From the NCBI GenBank assembly GCA_964436015.1, contig CAYTAR010000004.1, forward strand, positions 23,454 to 87,453: a DNA stretch of 64,000 nt, read 5' to 3'. The stretch comes from an uncultured Candidatus Saccharibacteria bacterium (GTDB lineage Bacteria; Patescibacteriota; Minisyncoccia; Phycocordibacterales; GCA-2401445). Positions 39,326 to 48,054 of this stretch are shown here, piece by piece (the first letter of the stretch is position 1; each line of letters opens with the position of its first letter). The notes beneath the pieces were generated by a model that saw only the letters and a program-made list of their open reading frames with translations, made no database searches and was not told the origin of the DNA. The position numbers and the translations under genes were made by a program.

Positions 39326-39721
39326 TTATTCCTCTGCCTTAAAATGCAAGGATAACCCATTGATACAATAACGCTTTCCAGTGGGTTCTGGTCCATCAGT
39401 GAAGACATGCCCGAGGTGTCCTCCACAATGACTACAATGGACTTCGGTTCGCTTTGAGAATAGAGAATTATCTTCCTTCTCCCCTACATGCTCTTTCGCT
39501 ACCGGCTGCGTAAAAGACGGCCAGCCAGTTCCGGAATCAAATTTATCACCTGATAAAAAAAGTGGAGCTCCACACGCCCGACAGATAAAAACACCCTTTC
39601 TTTTTTCCACGTTGAGCGAGCTTGACCCCGCACGCTCCGTTCCACCTTCAAACATGATGTTATATACATCATCGGGCAACTCTCTCTTCCATTCTTCTTT
39701 GACCTTCTTGTTTTTCTCCAT
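39326..39721 (-). CDS. msrB: peptide-methionine (R)-S-oxide reductase
   Basis: CxxC…CxxC zinc site (CRACG, CSHCG) and catalytic RYCINGLS. Confidence 0.9.
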   Translation of the reverse strand: MEKNKKVKEEWKRELPDDVYNIMFEGGTERAGSSSLNVEKRKGVFICRACGAPLFLSGDKFDSGTGWPSFTQPVAKEHVGEKEDNSLFSKRTEVHCSHCGGHLGHVFTDGPEPTGKRYCINGLSLHFKAEE

Positions 39722-39747
39722 CCTCTATTTTTTTATTTTGGTTTTTA

Positions 39748-39783
39748 TTCTAATCTCCAATCTCTGATCTCTAATCTCTATTT
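39748..39783. repeat. tandem heptamer tract (AATCTCY / GATCTCY)x4, upstream of msrB
   Basis: ttct AATCTCC AATCTCT GATCTCT AATCTCT attt. Confidence 0.5.
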
Positions 39784-39797
39784 ACCTATCCCTGTTC

Positions 39798-40025
39798 CTA
39801 CAACTTCTGTATTTCCTTCAAATCTTTATCAGGAATGTACAGCACCGCCAAACCAAGAATAATTCCACCAAGCGCCGTCCACATGTGTCCTCCATCGAAA
39901 AACATAATATCTATACCATCAAGCACGTACCACACCCCTCTCCATATAAGCACAAGTCCAATCACAATTGATAAATTACTCGCGAAATACGAGAGTGTAA
40001 ATGTATTTTTCTTTTTTAATTGCAT
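39798..40025 (-). CDS. small membrane protein (2 TM)
   Basis: Hydrophobic 75-aa ORF. Confidence 0.3.
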   Translation of the reverse strand: MQLKKKNTFTLSYFASNLSIVIGLVLIWRGVWYVLDGIDIMFFDGGHMWTALGGIILGLAVLYIPDKDLKEIQKL

Positions 40026-40103
40026 ACACTCAGTATATCATCGTAGACGAAAATGAGTATAAAAAAGGGAAATTGTCCTAGTTGAGATTAAATAGGCCAA
40101 ACC

Positions 40104-40589
40104 TTACCGTGTGACCGTGTTATCTATTTCCTTCAACTTACCTATTATTGGAAATACAACAAGTGACAGAACTGAGGGCAGCAGAACAAAAATTAACTCT
40201 AACATTCTATATATTATAAGAACCGCATAAGGATTATCCGTCATCGGTGGATTTTCATGTATGTTGGTTAGAAAATCAATCACTGGATACATTAATCCTA
40301 TTATTAGTAATATATTGATTACAACAATACTGGAAATCAAAAATTTATATTTTTCCAAATCACTATTTTTTTGAGTAAATAAAAAGACATGAACAAACTC
40401 TAAAGCTATTGAGAACATTATCAAAGATTTTACTGCTATAAAAATAATGTTTTGATAAAATAACTCACCAAAACCAGAATAGAGAGGACCAGAATAAATA
40501 CTAATTATCCTAATTATTATTAAAATTAATAGTACAAATAAAAATGCAGCTAATTTTATTTTATTTTTCACCTTAAAAGTATATAACAT
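40104..40589 (-). CDS. hypothetical membrane protein (4 TM)
   Basis: Hydrophobic ORF, AT-rich. Confidence 0.3.
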   Translation of the reverse strand: MLYTFKVKNKIKLAAFLFVLLILIIIRIISIYSGPLYSGFGELFYQNIIFIAVKSLIMFSIALEFVHVFLFTQKNSDLEKYKFLISSIVVINILLIIGLMYPVIDFLTNIHENPPMTDNPYAVLIIYRMLELIFVLLPSVLSLVVFPIIGKLKEIDNTVTR

Positions 40590-40761
40590 AAAAGCGAACT
40601 ATGCATTATGAAACCGAAGGTTTTAGTCTAATGCACGAGATGAACAGAGTTAAACATCATCCAAATTTTTCATTAAAGATCGAGCATTTCCTCCACCTTC
40701 CTCCCTTTTGTATTATTCCAATCCCCGATCTCTGCTCCCTTCCTTTTACCTCTTTCCTATT

Positions 40762-40814
40762 TTCTAATCTCTGATCTCCAATCTCTAATCTCTATTTGCT
40801 TATCTCCAATCTCC
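40762..40814. repeat. second heptamer tract (AATCTCY/GATCTCC)x6, same motif as 39748-39783
   Basis: ttct AATCTCT GATCTCC AATCTCT AATCTCT atttgct TATCTCC AATCTCC. Confidence 0.5.
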
Positions 40815-41193
40815 TTTCCTCTTCCCTCCTCCTCACCTCTTCTTCACTCAACCCAAAGTGGTGTGCTACTTCATGCCAAATAGTATCTTCTATCACTTTT
40901 CGCACAGATATATCTTCTTCTCGTGCAACATCAAGGATTGGCAACCGAAAAAGAGTAATCGTGTCAGGAAATACCACCCCTACTCCATACCCATCTCCCC
41001 GTTCAGTATGTGGAATACCAACGTACAAACCTAGCAAAGTTTCTCCTTGAGTGAGACCATTTTCTTTCCTTGTTTTTAAATCAGGTTCATCAGACACTAC
41101 AAGAACCACATTATTCATCTTTGAACGAAATTTCTCCGGAACGGATGTAAAACCAATTTGCTCAACCAGCGCCTCAAAATCTTCTTTGTTCAT
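40792..41193 (-). CDS. zincin-like metallopeptidase-family protein (Zincin_1 / DUF1025-like)
   Basis: WHEVAHHFG HExxH-type motif near the C-terminus; 133 aa. Confidence 0.55.
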   Translation of the reverse strand: MNKEDFEALVEQIGFTSVPEKFRSKMNNVVLVVSDEPDLKTRKENGLTQGETLLGLYVGIPHTERGDGYGVGVVFPDTITLFRLPILDVAREEDISVRKVIEDTIWHEVAHHFGLSEEEVRRREEERRLEISK

Positions 41194-41302
41194 AGTGGAA
41201 GTATAGCAAATACGAATTGAAATAAACTATCCAAACAGAATGAAACCTTAAGTGAATATAAGATAATTGACAAAAGAGAAAATAATGATACTGTTTTGAC
41301 AG

Positions 41303-41740
41303 ATGAAAGAAAGAAAATTCTTGTTTAATTTTTCCTCTCGTACTCCTGTTAAACAAATAAAAAAGGATTTACGAGTTGCACGCGGGAGAAGAAACATATA
41401 CCTCACTGCGAGAGTAATTCAGATACTGAGATCGAGGGGAATAGCATCCTTTCTGTCTCCACGGGAAAAAGACAGGCTCATTAAATGTCTTTCTCAGGCG
41501 CGGTATGGGACCACCACCCCTCTCGCCCAGTGGATACCCCGAGGATATCAAATCGCCCGCTTTCAGATGATTATTAAGGACCTCTACCCAAATCAGTCCT
41601 TATTCCAAAGCACAAAAAGAGATGTTTATCTAATAAAAGAAGCACTCAAGCAAATCAGGCGCGAGAAAGACAAGTGGATATCAGATCAAGAATCAAGCTT
41701 GATTTATACACTTCAACACCTCGGAATATCTCTCAAGTAA
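41303..41740 (+). CDS. hypothetical basic protein
   Basis: 145-aa ORF, no family recognised. Confidence 0.3.
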   Translation: MKERKFLFNFSSRTPVKQIKKDLRVARGRRNIYLTARVIQILRSRGIASFLSPREKDRLIKCLSQARYGTTTPLAQWIPRGYQIARFQMIIKDLYPNQSLFQSTKRDVYLIKEALKQIRREKDKWISDQESSLIYTLQHLGISLK

Positions 41741-41822
41741 CATAGCACCTTTACAGGTGCTTTTTTCTCACTATAAAAATTAGTGCCTGATTGAAACTAT
41801 ACTTATATAGAGAATTAAAAAA

Positions 41823-42242
41823 CTAATCTACTAGAAGAAAATCATTTTTCAAAATCTCACGCACATACACATCTACATCATTCATGTTTTTTATTTCTTC
41901 TATCGTTACCCATTTATATTCAATGTTTTCAGTAGTATCAAGAACCGGCTCTCCCTCTGTACGCCCTGTATAGGTTAAACGTACCACATGCTTTTCTGAA
42001 TTAGGAATGATATCTTGCGCGCATAGCAATATCGGCTCAGAAATGATTTCAAGTTGTGTCTCTTCTTTAACTTCACGTCGTAAATTATCAATCAATAATG
42101 ATCCTGGGTTGATTCGCCCACCCACAATATCCCAACTTCCATTAGTTACTTTATATTTCTCAGGAGAGCGTTTGAGAATAAGGTATTTCCCCTCTGTATT
42201 CTTGAGAAAAATTTTGACCCCAACTTGTAGTTTTATTTCCAT
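41823..42242 (-). CDS. NUDIX hydrolase
   Basis: Nudix box GGRINPGSLLIDNLRREVKEETQLEI. Confidence 0.7.
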   Translation of the reverse strand: MEIKLQVGVKIFLKNTEGKYLILKRSPEKYKVTNGSWDIVGGRINPGSLLIDNLRREVKEETQLEIISEPILLCAQDIIPNSEKHVVRLTYTGRTEGEPVLDTTENIEYKWVTIEEIKNMNDVDVYVREILKNDFLLVD

Positions 42243-42304
42243 GGTTGAGATTATTATATCATTATGTTTCTGAGGAGAATTTTTTCATCTTATCTCCCGC
42301 ATCT

Positions 42305-42387
42305 GTCTTTCGAATCTCCTACCTTCTCGCATTGATAATTCACTTGGATGGTCCCCACCCATCCTCGTGAATCTTTGCGGAAGGTAG
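42305..42387. repeat. 83-bp direct repeat, copy 1 (contains tRNA-Ser 3-prime 11 nt plus 72 nt of flank)
   Basis: ~95% identical to 42684-42766; ends …gaatctttgcggaaggtag. Confidence 0.6.
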
Positions 42388-42683
42388 ATTCGCCCGCAAG
42401 TCTCTTTTTTGCCGTCACAAAAAAGAGCTTTGGGCACCAGCTCGCGCTCAGGCACTGCTGCGCCTGACTTCGTGCGCTCCGCTGTTCGAATCTCCTACCT
42501 TCACGCAAAACAATATCCTCGGCGCTCCGCGCCTACGTCTTTGTTTGCGGAGAGCTTTGATAGAGATTCGGTCACAAGTTACTAAGTATTTTTCCGCAAA
42601 TGCCAGAAAAATCCAAAGTACTTGCGACCCCGACTCGTAGCCCCACTCTTTCACTTCGTTTCAGAGTGGGGACCCGCTACTCC

Positions 42684-42766
42684 GTCTTTCGAATCTTCTA
42701 CTTTCTCGCATTGATAATTCACTTGGATGGTCCCCATCCATCCTCGTGAATCATTGCGGAAGGTAG
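42684..42766. repeat. 83-bp direct repeat, copy 2, abutting/overlapping the 3-prime end of tRNA-Ser
   Basis: gtctttcgaatcttctactttctcgcattgataattcacttggatggtccccatccatcctcgtgaatcattgcggaaggtag. Confidence 0.6.
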
Positions 42767-42841
42767 GAGATTCGAACTCCTGGTGGGTTGCCCCACACGT
42801 CGTTTCCAACGACGCGCACTAGACCACTATGCGAACCTTCC
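42757..42841 (-). tRNA. tRNA-Ser (anticodon GGA), class II with long variable arm
   Basis: Manual fold: acceptor GGAAGGT/ACCTTCC, D-arm GCAT-AGTGGTCTA-GTGC, anticodon stem CGTCG/CGACG with loop TTGGAAA, variable arm GTGGG-GCAA-CCCAC, T-arm AGGAG-TTCGAAT-CTCCT, discriminator G. Confidence 0.75.
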
Positions 42842-42919
42842 ACTACCGATGCATCATATCAGATTTGGTACATAATAATATAGACCTTTAGGATTGAACA
42901 GATTTGGTATACTAGACTC

Positions 42920-43237
42920 ATGCCTTGTAACGGATGCCACGATGAAAACACGAAAAAGATGGAAGAACAAGAAGTTCGTACACGACTTCTAGTACTTCCC
43001 CGCTGGATCACTCAAAACGGTTTTCGTATTGAGCGAACATTTCTTTTTCCAGACTTTAAAGAAGCACTTTTATTTACCAACCGCATTGGTGAACTCGCGG
43101 AATCTGAAGGACACCACCCTGACGTTTTTCTCTCCTGGGGCAAAGTAACGGTCAGTTTAACCACTCACAGCGTCAAAGGTGTAACTGAACATGATTTTTT
43201 ACTTGCTGAAATGATTGACGGTCTGCTACAATCGTAA
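42920..43237 (+). CDS. pterin-4a-carbinolamine dehydratase (PCD/DCoH)
   Basis: EGHHPDVFLSWGKVTVSLTTHS matches the PCD [E]-x-HHP…H signature. Confidence 0.8.
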   Translation: MPCNGCHDENTKKMEEQEVRTRLLVLPRWITQNGFRIERTFLFPDFKEALLFTNRIGELAESEGHHPDVFLSWGKVTVSLTTHSVKGVTEHDFLLAEMIDGLLQS

Positions 43238-43520
43238 TATGGAAACTCAATTTAACCTCGCTCTCATTCTACAAGAACACCCTCTCCTTGTTCTTTTTAT
43301 CGTTTTTCTCACTATCTGGTCACTAACGTGGAAAGCGTTTGCACTCTGGCGTGCAGTGAAAAATGAATCTGTGGTATGGTTCATTGCTCTCCTTATCGTT
43401 AATACCGCAGGAATTCTTGAAATACTATATCTCTTTGTGTTTGGAAAAAAACACACTACTCCGCCACCGAAACATGATGAGACTGATACAACGAGTTACC
43501 AAAATACTAACCAATCGTAA
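43215..43520 (+). CDS. small membrane protein (2 TM)
   Basis: Hydrophobic ORF overlapping the PCD stop. Confidence 0.3.
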   Translation: MTVCYNRNMETQFNLALILQEHPLLVLFIVFLTIWSLTWKAFALWRAVKNESVVWFIALLIVNTAGILEILYLFVFGKKHTTPPPKHDETDTTSYQNTNQS

Positions 43521-43528
43521 TACATACT

Positions 43529-44008
43529 ATGAAATACCTATCAATCATCATACTAATAATTGTTATCACCTGGTTTGGGTTTTTGTTTTTTAAAGAAAAG
43601 GAAGTTGTGATTCCACCAACCGAAACACCTGCGGGTATTCCTGCTGAGGTACTTGCTCAGAATGTCATACAAAAGAAAGAAAAGGAAAATTTAATTCGAC
43701 TTTCATCACCCACTGGAGAGACTGCTATCGAATCCCCTCTCGTTATTACTGGTGAAGCACGTGGATACTGGTTCTTTGAAGCGACCTTCCCTATCGTTCT
43801 CACCAATTGGGACGGACTTATTATTGCCGAAGGGTATGCCACTGCAGATGGTGAGTGGATGACAGAGGACTTTGTTCCTTTCACTGCTGAACTCACATTC
43901 ACTAAACCTGAATACGGAGAACGTGGATCTTTTATTCTTCAAAAATCAAATGCTTCAGGCCTACCTGAGCATGATGATGCGCTTGAAATCACCGTGTGGT
44001 TTAAATAA
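43529..44008 (+). CDS. Gmad2-type immunoglobulin-like domain protein, membrane-anchored
   Basis: LVITGEARGYWFFEATFPIVLTNWDGLIIAEGYATADGEWMTEDFVPF is Gmad2-like. Confidence 0.5.
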   Translation: MKYLSIIILIIVITWFGFLFFKEKEVVIPPTETPAGIPAEVLAQNVIQKKEKENLIRLSSPTGETAIESPLVITGEARGYWFFEATFPIVLTNWDGLIIAEGYATADGEWMTEDFVPFTAELTFTKPEYGERGSFILQKSNASGLPEHDDALEITVWFK

Positions 44009-44034
44009 AAAAACCGCCGAAAGGCGGTTTTTTT
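44007..44034. terminator. bidirectional rho-independent terminator
   Basis: aaaaaaaccgcc-gaaa-ggcggttttttt between convergent genes. Confidence 0.6.
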
Positions 44035-44938
44035 ATATCTCACTTTTTTCTCCAAGAAGTGCTTGTATTCGCTCATGCGCAGGAGGATGAGTCATGAACA
44101 TCTTTGTAAGAAAACTTGTCTTCTCTTTGCCTCCACCAAAAGGATTTGCAATAAAGAGATGTGCAGTTGCGTGATTCGCTCGAGCAAGTGGGCGTGAGTA
44201 TCCAGAAATCTTGCGCAGCGCATTCGCCAGACCCTCTGGATACCGTGTCATCAATGCTCCAGTCGCATCAGCCAGAAACTCCCTCTTTCGAGACACTGCA
44301 AGTTTTATCAAAGTAGCTATTACCGGAGAGAGGAGTATGAACACAATACCAATAATCAAAAGCACTCCGTTTGCTTTATTATCCCTGCTTCGTCCCCCAC
44401 CATAGAAACTCATTCGAAGAAAAAAGTCAGCAATAAGGGTTACCACGCCAACAAGGGTCACCACGACCGTCATCACCAAAATATCTCTATTTCCCACATG
44501 TGCTAGTTCGTGCGCAATCACCCCCTCAAGTTCACTTCTATCAAGGAGTGTGAGCAATCCGCTTGTTACCGCAACCGCAGAATGCTCTTTGTCTCGGCCG
44601 GTAGCAAAAGCGTTTGGTGACGGATCATTAATGACGTAGAGCTTTGGCATAGGGAGACCTGCACTGATACATAAATTTTCAGTCATATTCCAAAGGTCTG
44701 GAAACTGCTCCCTCGTAACTGGTTTTGCCCCCGACATCGCAAGTACAATCTTATCTGAATACCAGTAACTACCAATATTCATGAGTACGCTCACCACAAC
44801 CGCAATCACTAAAATAGCGTAGCTATCGTAGTAGTAAGACAGAAACCACCCTAACGCTACAATCACCATGAAAAAGAGAAACATTAAAAACCATGTTTTT
44901 CTTACATTTGCGTCTTGGTGTGTGTAGAGCGTTGCCAT
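44033..44938 (-). CDS. htpX: zinc metalloprotease HtpX (M48)
   Basis: HELAHVGNRD HExxH; 4 TM; preceded by lemA. Confidence 0.85.
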   Translation of the reverse strand: MATLYTHQDANVRKTWFLMFLFFMVIVALGWFLSYYYDSYAILVIAVVVSVLMNIGSYWYSDKIVLAMSGAKPVTREQFPDLWNMTENLCISAGLPMPKLYVINDPSPNAFATGRDKEHSAVAVTSGLLTLLDRSELEGVIAHELAHVGNRDILVMTVVVTLVGVVTLIADFFLRMSFYGGGRSRDNKANGVLLIIGIVFILLSPVIATLIKLAVSRKREFLADATGALMTRYPEGLANALRKISGYSRPLARANHATAHLFIANPFGGGKEKTSFLTKMFMTHPPAHERIQALLGEKSEI

Positions 44939-44948
44939 TATTATCTAC

Positions 44949-45503
44949 TTAAAACTTAACTTCCACATTCTCACGTTGTCCCGCTTCTTCTATTTCAAAG
45001 AAGTCCATTTCACTAAAACTAAATATTTTTGCAATAATATTTGCAGGAAATGTTTGTACCGCCGTGTTCAAGTCACGCACATTTCCGTTATAGAATCGAC
45101 GAGACGCCTGAATTTTATTTTCAGTGTCTGAGAGCTCTCGTTGCAATTCAAGAAAATTCGTATTCGCCTTTAGATCTGGATACGCCTCCGCAACCGCAAA
45201 AAGCGACTTCAATGCTCCAGTAAGCATATTCTCTGCTTGTCCGTGTTCTGCAATAGTCCCAGCATTCAGTGCCTGAGCTCGAGCTTGTGTTACGCGGTCA
45301 AACGTTGAACTTTCGTGCGCAGCGTAACCCTTCACCGTATTTACCAAGTTTGGAATGAGGTCGTACCGACGTTTCAATTGAACATCAATATCTGACCATG
45401 CTTCCTTTGCACGATTTACAATACGAATAAATTTGTTATACATCGCAATCACCCACACACCGAGGATGACTACTGCTGCAATGAGTATATATAGTAATGT
45501 CAT
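44949..45503 (-). CDS. lemA: LemA-family protein
   Basis: N-terminal TM plus LemA fold ([33 protein letters not shown]). Confidence 0.8.
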   Translation of the reverse strand: MTLLYILIAAVVILGVWVIAMYNKFIRIVNRAKEAWSDIDVQLKRRYDLIPNLVNTVKGYAAHESSTFDRVTQARAQALNAGTIAEHGQAENMLTGALKSLFAVAEAYPDLKANTNFLELQRELSDTENKIQASRRFYNGNVRDLNTAVQTFPANIIAKIFSFSEMDFFEIEEAGQRENVEVKF

Positions 45504-45588
45504 AAATATATTTAGTTAATAACTCCCTTAGTATACAAAAAACCACCCGTATTTGCGAGTGGTTTCTTGTTGCATGTTTGTTCTTATT

Positions 45589-47238
45589 TTACATCATCCC
45601 CATTCCTCCACCCATTCCCCCTCCTGGTTGTGACTCTGGTTTTGGTTCTGGAATATCAGTAATTGCTACTTCAGTAGTGAGAAGTATCGCGGCAGCGCTT
45701 GATGCGCGTTCCAAACCTGAACGAGTTACTTTTACTGGATCTATAATTCCAGCAGCTATCATGTCAGGAACCATAACATCACAGAGGGCATCATACCCAC
45801 TCATCCCCTTTCCTTTTTTCACTTCAGCAACGATAACCGCTCCATCTTCTCGTCCACAATTTGTAACAATCTGTCGCAATGGTTCTTCAAGTGCACGGAG
45901 TACAATCTCATATCCCAATAGTTCATCAGGAGCAATATCTTTCGGCATCGATCCTCGTACTTTTTCCCCTGCTTTAATAAGCGCACTTCCTCCTCCCGGA
46001 ACAATTCCTTCAGCTATAGCCGCTTTTGTTGCGTTGACCGCATCTTCAATCTTTAATTTCAAATATTTCATTTCTGTTTCAGTCGTTGCCCCAACACGAA
46101 TCACTGCAACTCCACCTGAAAGCTTTGCCAAACGTTCCTCAAGTTTTTCTTTATCAAACTTTGATTCTGTCTGTGCAATCTGCTGACGAATTTGAGAAAT
46201 TCTACTCTGAATCGCCTGCTTCTTTCCCTTTCCTCCAACAATTGTTGTGGTTGTCTTTGTTGCGATGATACGGCTCGCGTGCCCTAAAAATGCAAGTTGA
46301 GCCTGTTCAAGTTTAAGTCCCACATCTTCGGACACAACTGTAGCACCAATAGTAACCGCAATGTCTTCGAGTATCTCTTTCTTTCTATCTCCATATCCTG
46401 GAGCTTTAATCGCAAGCACATTAAATCCTCCACGAAGCTTATTCAAAACAAACGTTGTCAATGCTTCACCATCAACGTCCTCAGCGATAATTACCAGCTC
46501 CTTTGTTCCAGTTTGCGCGAGTTTCTCAAGAAGCGGAAGCACATCCTTCACTACAGAAATCTTCTTATCAGTAAGCAACACAGGCACATCCTTAAATTCT
46601 GCCTCCATGCGCTCTGCGTTCGTTATCATGTAGGGAGAAATGTACCCCTTTTCAAATTGAAGTCCTTCAACCACTTCAGATTCTATACCGAACGATTGTG
46701 ACTCCTCTACCGTTACTACACCATCTTTTCCAACTGTATTAATAGTGTCTGCGATAATCCCTCCGATTTCCTCAGATTCTGCAGAAATGGTTGCAACATT
46801 TTTTATCTCATTCTTACTCTTCTCAGGTATCGGCTTTGCAATTGCCTTAAGTGCCTCCACCACATCGCGTGAAGCACGTTCAATACCTGCGCGAACACGC
46901 ATTGCACTTACCCCCATTCGTGTATGCTTCAATCCTTCTCGCACGAGTGCGTCGGTAAGGATGGTAGCCGTTGATGTCCCATCACCAGCAACATCATTTG
47001 TCTTGGTTGCAACCTCTTTCACAATTTCAGCACCCATATTTTCAAACTTATCAGCCAAAGTGATATCTTTTGCAATAGAAACACCATCGTTGGTGATCAT
47101 GGGCGCACCATACCCTTTATCAAGAACTACATTTCGTCCTCGAGGACCAATAGTGACCCGAACCGCATTTGCAACAACAGAGACTCCTTTTGCAAGAGCA
47201 ACACGCGCATCTTCATTAAATTTTAGTTGTTTACTCAT
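45589..47238 (-). CDS. groL: chaperonin GroEL
   Basis: Full-length GroEL with C-terminal GGM repeats (GGGMGGGMGMM). Confidence 0.95.
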   Translation of the reverse strand: MSKQLKFNEDARVALAKGVSVVANAVRVTIGPRGRNVVLDKGYGAPMITNDGVSIAKDITLADKFENMGAEIVKEVATKTNDVAGDGTSTATILTDALVREGLKHTRMGVSAMRVRAGIERASRDVVEALKAIAKPIPEKSKNEIKNVATISAESEEIGGIIADTINTVGKDGVVTVEESQSFGIESEVVEGLQFEKGYISPYMITNAERMEAEFKDVPVLLTDKKISVVKDVLPLLEKLAQTGTKELVIIAEDVDGEALTTFVLNKLRGGFNVLAIKAPGYGDRKKEILEDIAVTIGATVVSEDVGLKLEQAQLAFLGHASRIIATKTTTTIVGGKGKKQAIQSRISQIRQQIAQTESKFDKEKLEERLAKLSGGVAVIRVGATTETEMKYLKLKIEDAVNATKAAIAEGIVPGGGSALIKAGEKVRGSMPKDIAPDELLGYEIVLRALEEPLRQIVTNCGREDGAVIVAEVKKGKGMSGYDALCDVMVPDMIAAGIIDPVKVTRSGLERASSAAAILLTTEVAITDIPEPKPESQPGGGMGGGMGMM

Positions 47239-47263
47239 AGTATGTATATTTAAAAACTAGTAA

Positions 47264-47581
47264 CTACTCAATGACCGCAAGAATACTACTTTCATTAACA
47301 ACGTGATACTCTACTCCATCTACTTTTAGAGTATCTCCCCAAGAAAACAGCACCGTATCTCCTTTAGCGACAGTTAGAGGAACTCGTTTTCCATCTTCCA
47401 TACGACCCTCTCCAACAGCGACCACGGTACCCCGTTTTGCTCCACCATTCTCCTTAATAGTCTCAGGAATATAAATCCCTGATGCAGTCTTTCTTCCGTT
47501 TTCCTGTGCGTCTTCAATTACCAGCACACGGTCTCCCAATGGACGAATTCGTGGACTTGTGTGTGTTTGTTTCTTTACCAT
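47264..47581 (-). CDS. groS: co-chaperonin GroES
   Basis: IRPLGDRVLV…TASGIYIPE…; 105 aa, directly upstream of groEL. Confidence 0.9.
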   Translation of the reverse strand: MVKKQTHTSPRIRPLGDRVLVIEDAQENGRKTASGIYIPETIKENGGAKRGTVVAVGEGRMEDGKRVPLTVAKGDTVLFSWGDTLKVDGVEYHVVNESSILAVIE

Positions 47582-47760
47582 AGTGTTACAAGCAAATTAC
47601 GCTAATAATAAAAGTTACTCTGGTACTTTCGCACCGAGCTGACATATTATACGGAGCATATTTTCATGTGTCAAAATTCACGCTCATATTAACCATTTAA
47701 TCAACATTTCAACTCAAACTCTTGCATTATTTTTATGAATTGATATACTCGTAAACGTAT

Positions 47761-47991
47761 ATGGAAACTCTTGCAGGCATATTGCCGTACGCGCAAATCG
47801 TACTATCAGTCTTGATGGTATGCGCTATTTTGCTTCAAAACACAGGTTCAGGACTTGGTGGTACTTTTGGCGGAGGCGACGGAGGAGGATTCCATCACAC
47901 ACGACGTGGATTTGAAAGATTTTTGTTTAACGTAACCATTGTACTTGCCGTTCTTTTTGCACTTTCCTCATTTATTGCGTTAAGCATATAA
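47761..47991 (+). CDS. secG: preprotein translocase subunit SecG
   Basis: LLQNTGSGLGGTFGGG…RRGFERFL; 76 aa, 2 TM. Confidence 0.75.
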   Translation: METLAGILPYAQIVLSVLMVCAILLQNTGSGLGGTFGGGDGGGFHHTRRGFERFLFNVTIVLAVLFALSSFIALSI

Positions 47992-48054
47992 ATAAAACCC
48001 GATTCGCGTTTACGCGAACAGATAACAACATCCAAAACATAGCATAACACTTTT

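Noticed and set aside
45578-46186. 202-aa plus-strand ORF inside groEL, and similar antisense ORFs inside lepA (28521..29006) and the O-antigen-ligase gene (33030..33410)
   Set aside because: They are antisense to high-confidence conserved genes, with low-complexity, P/S-rich translations typical of antisense GC-skew artefacts.
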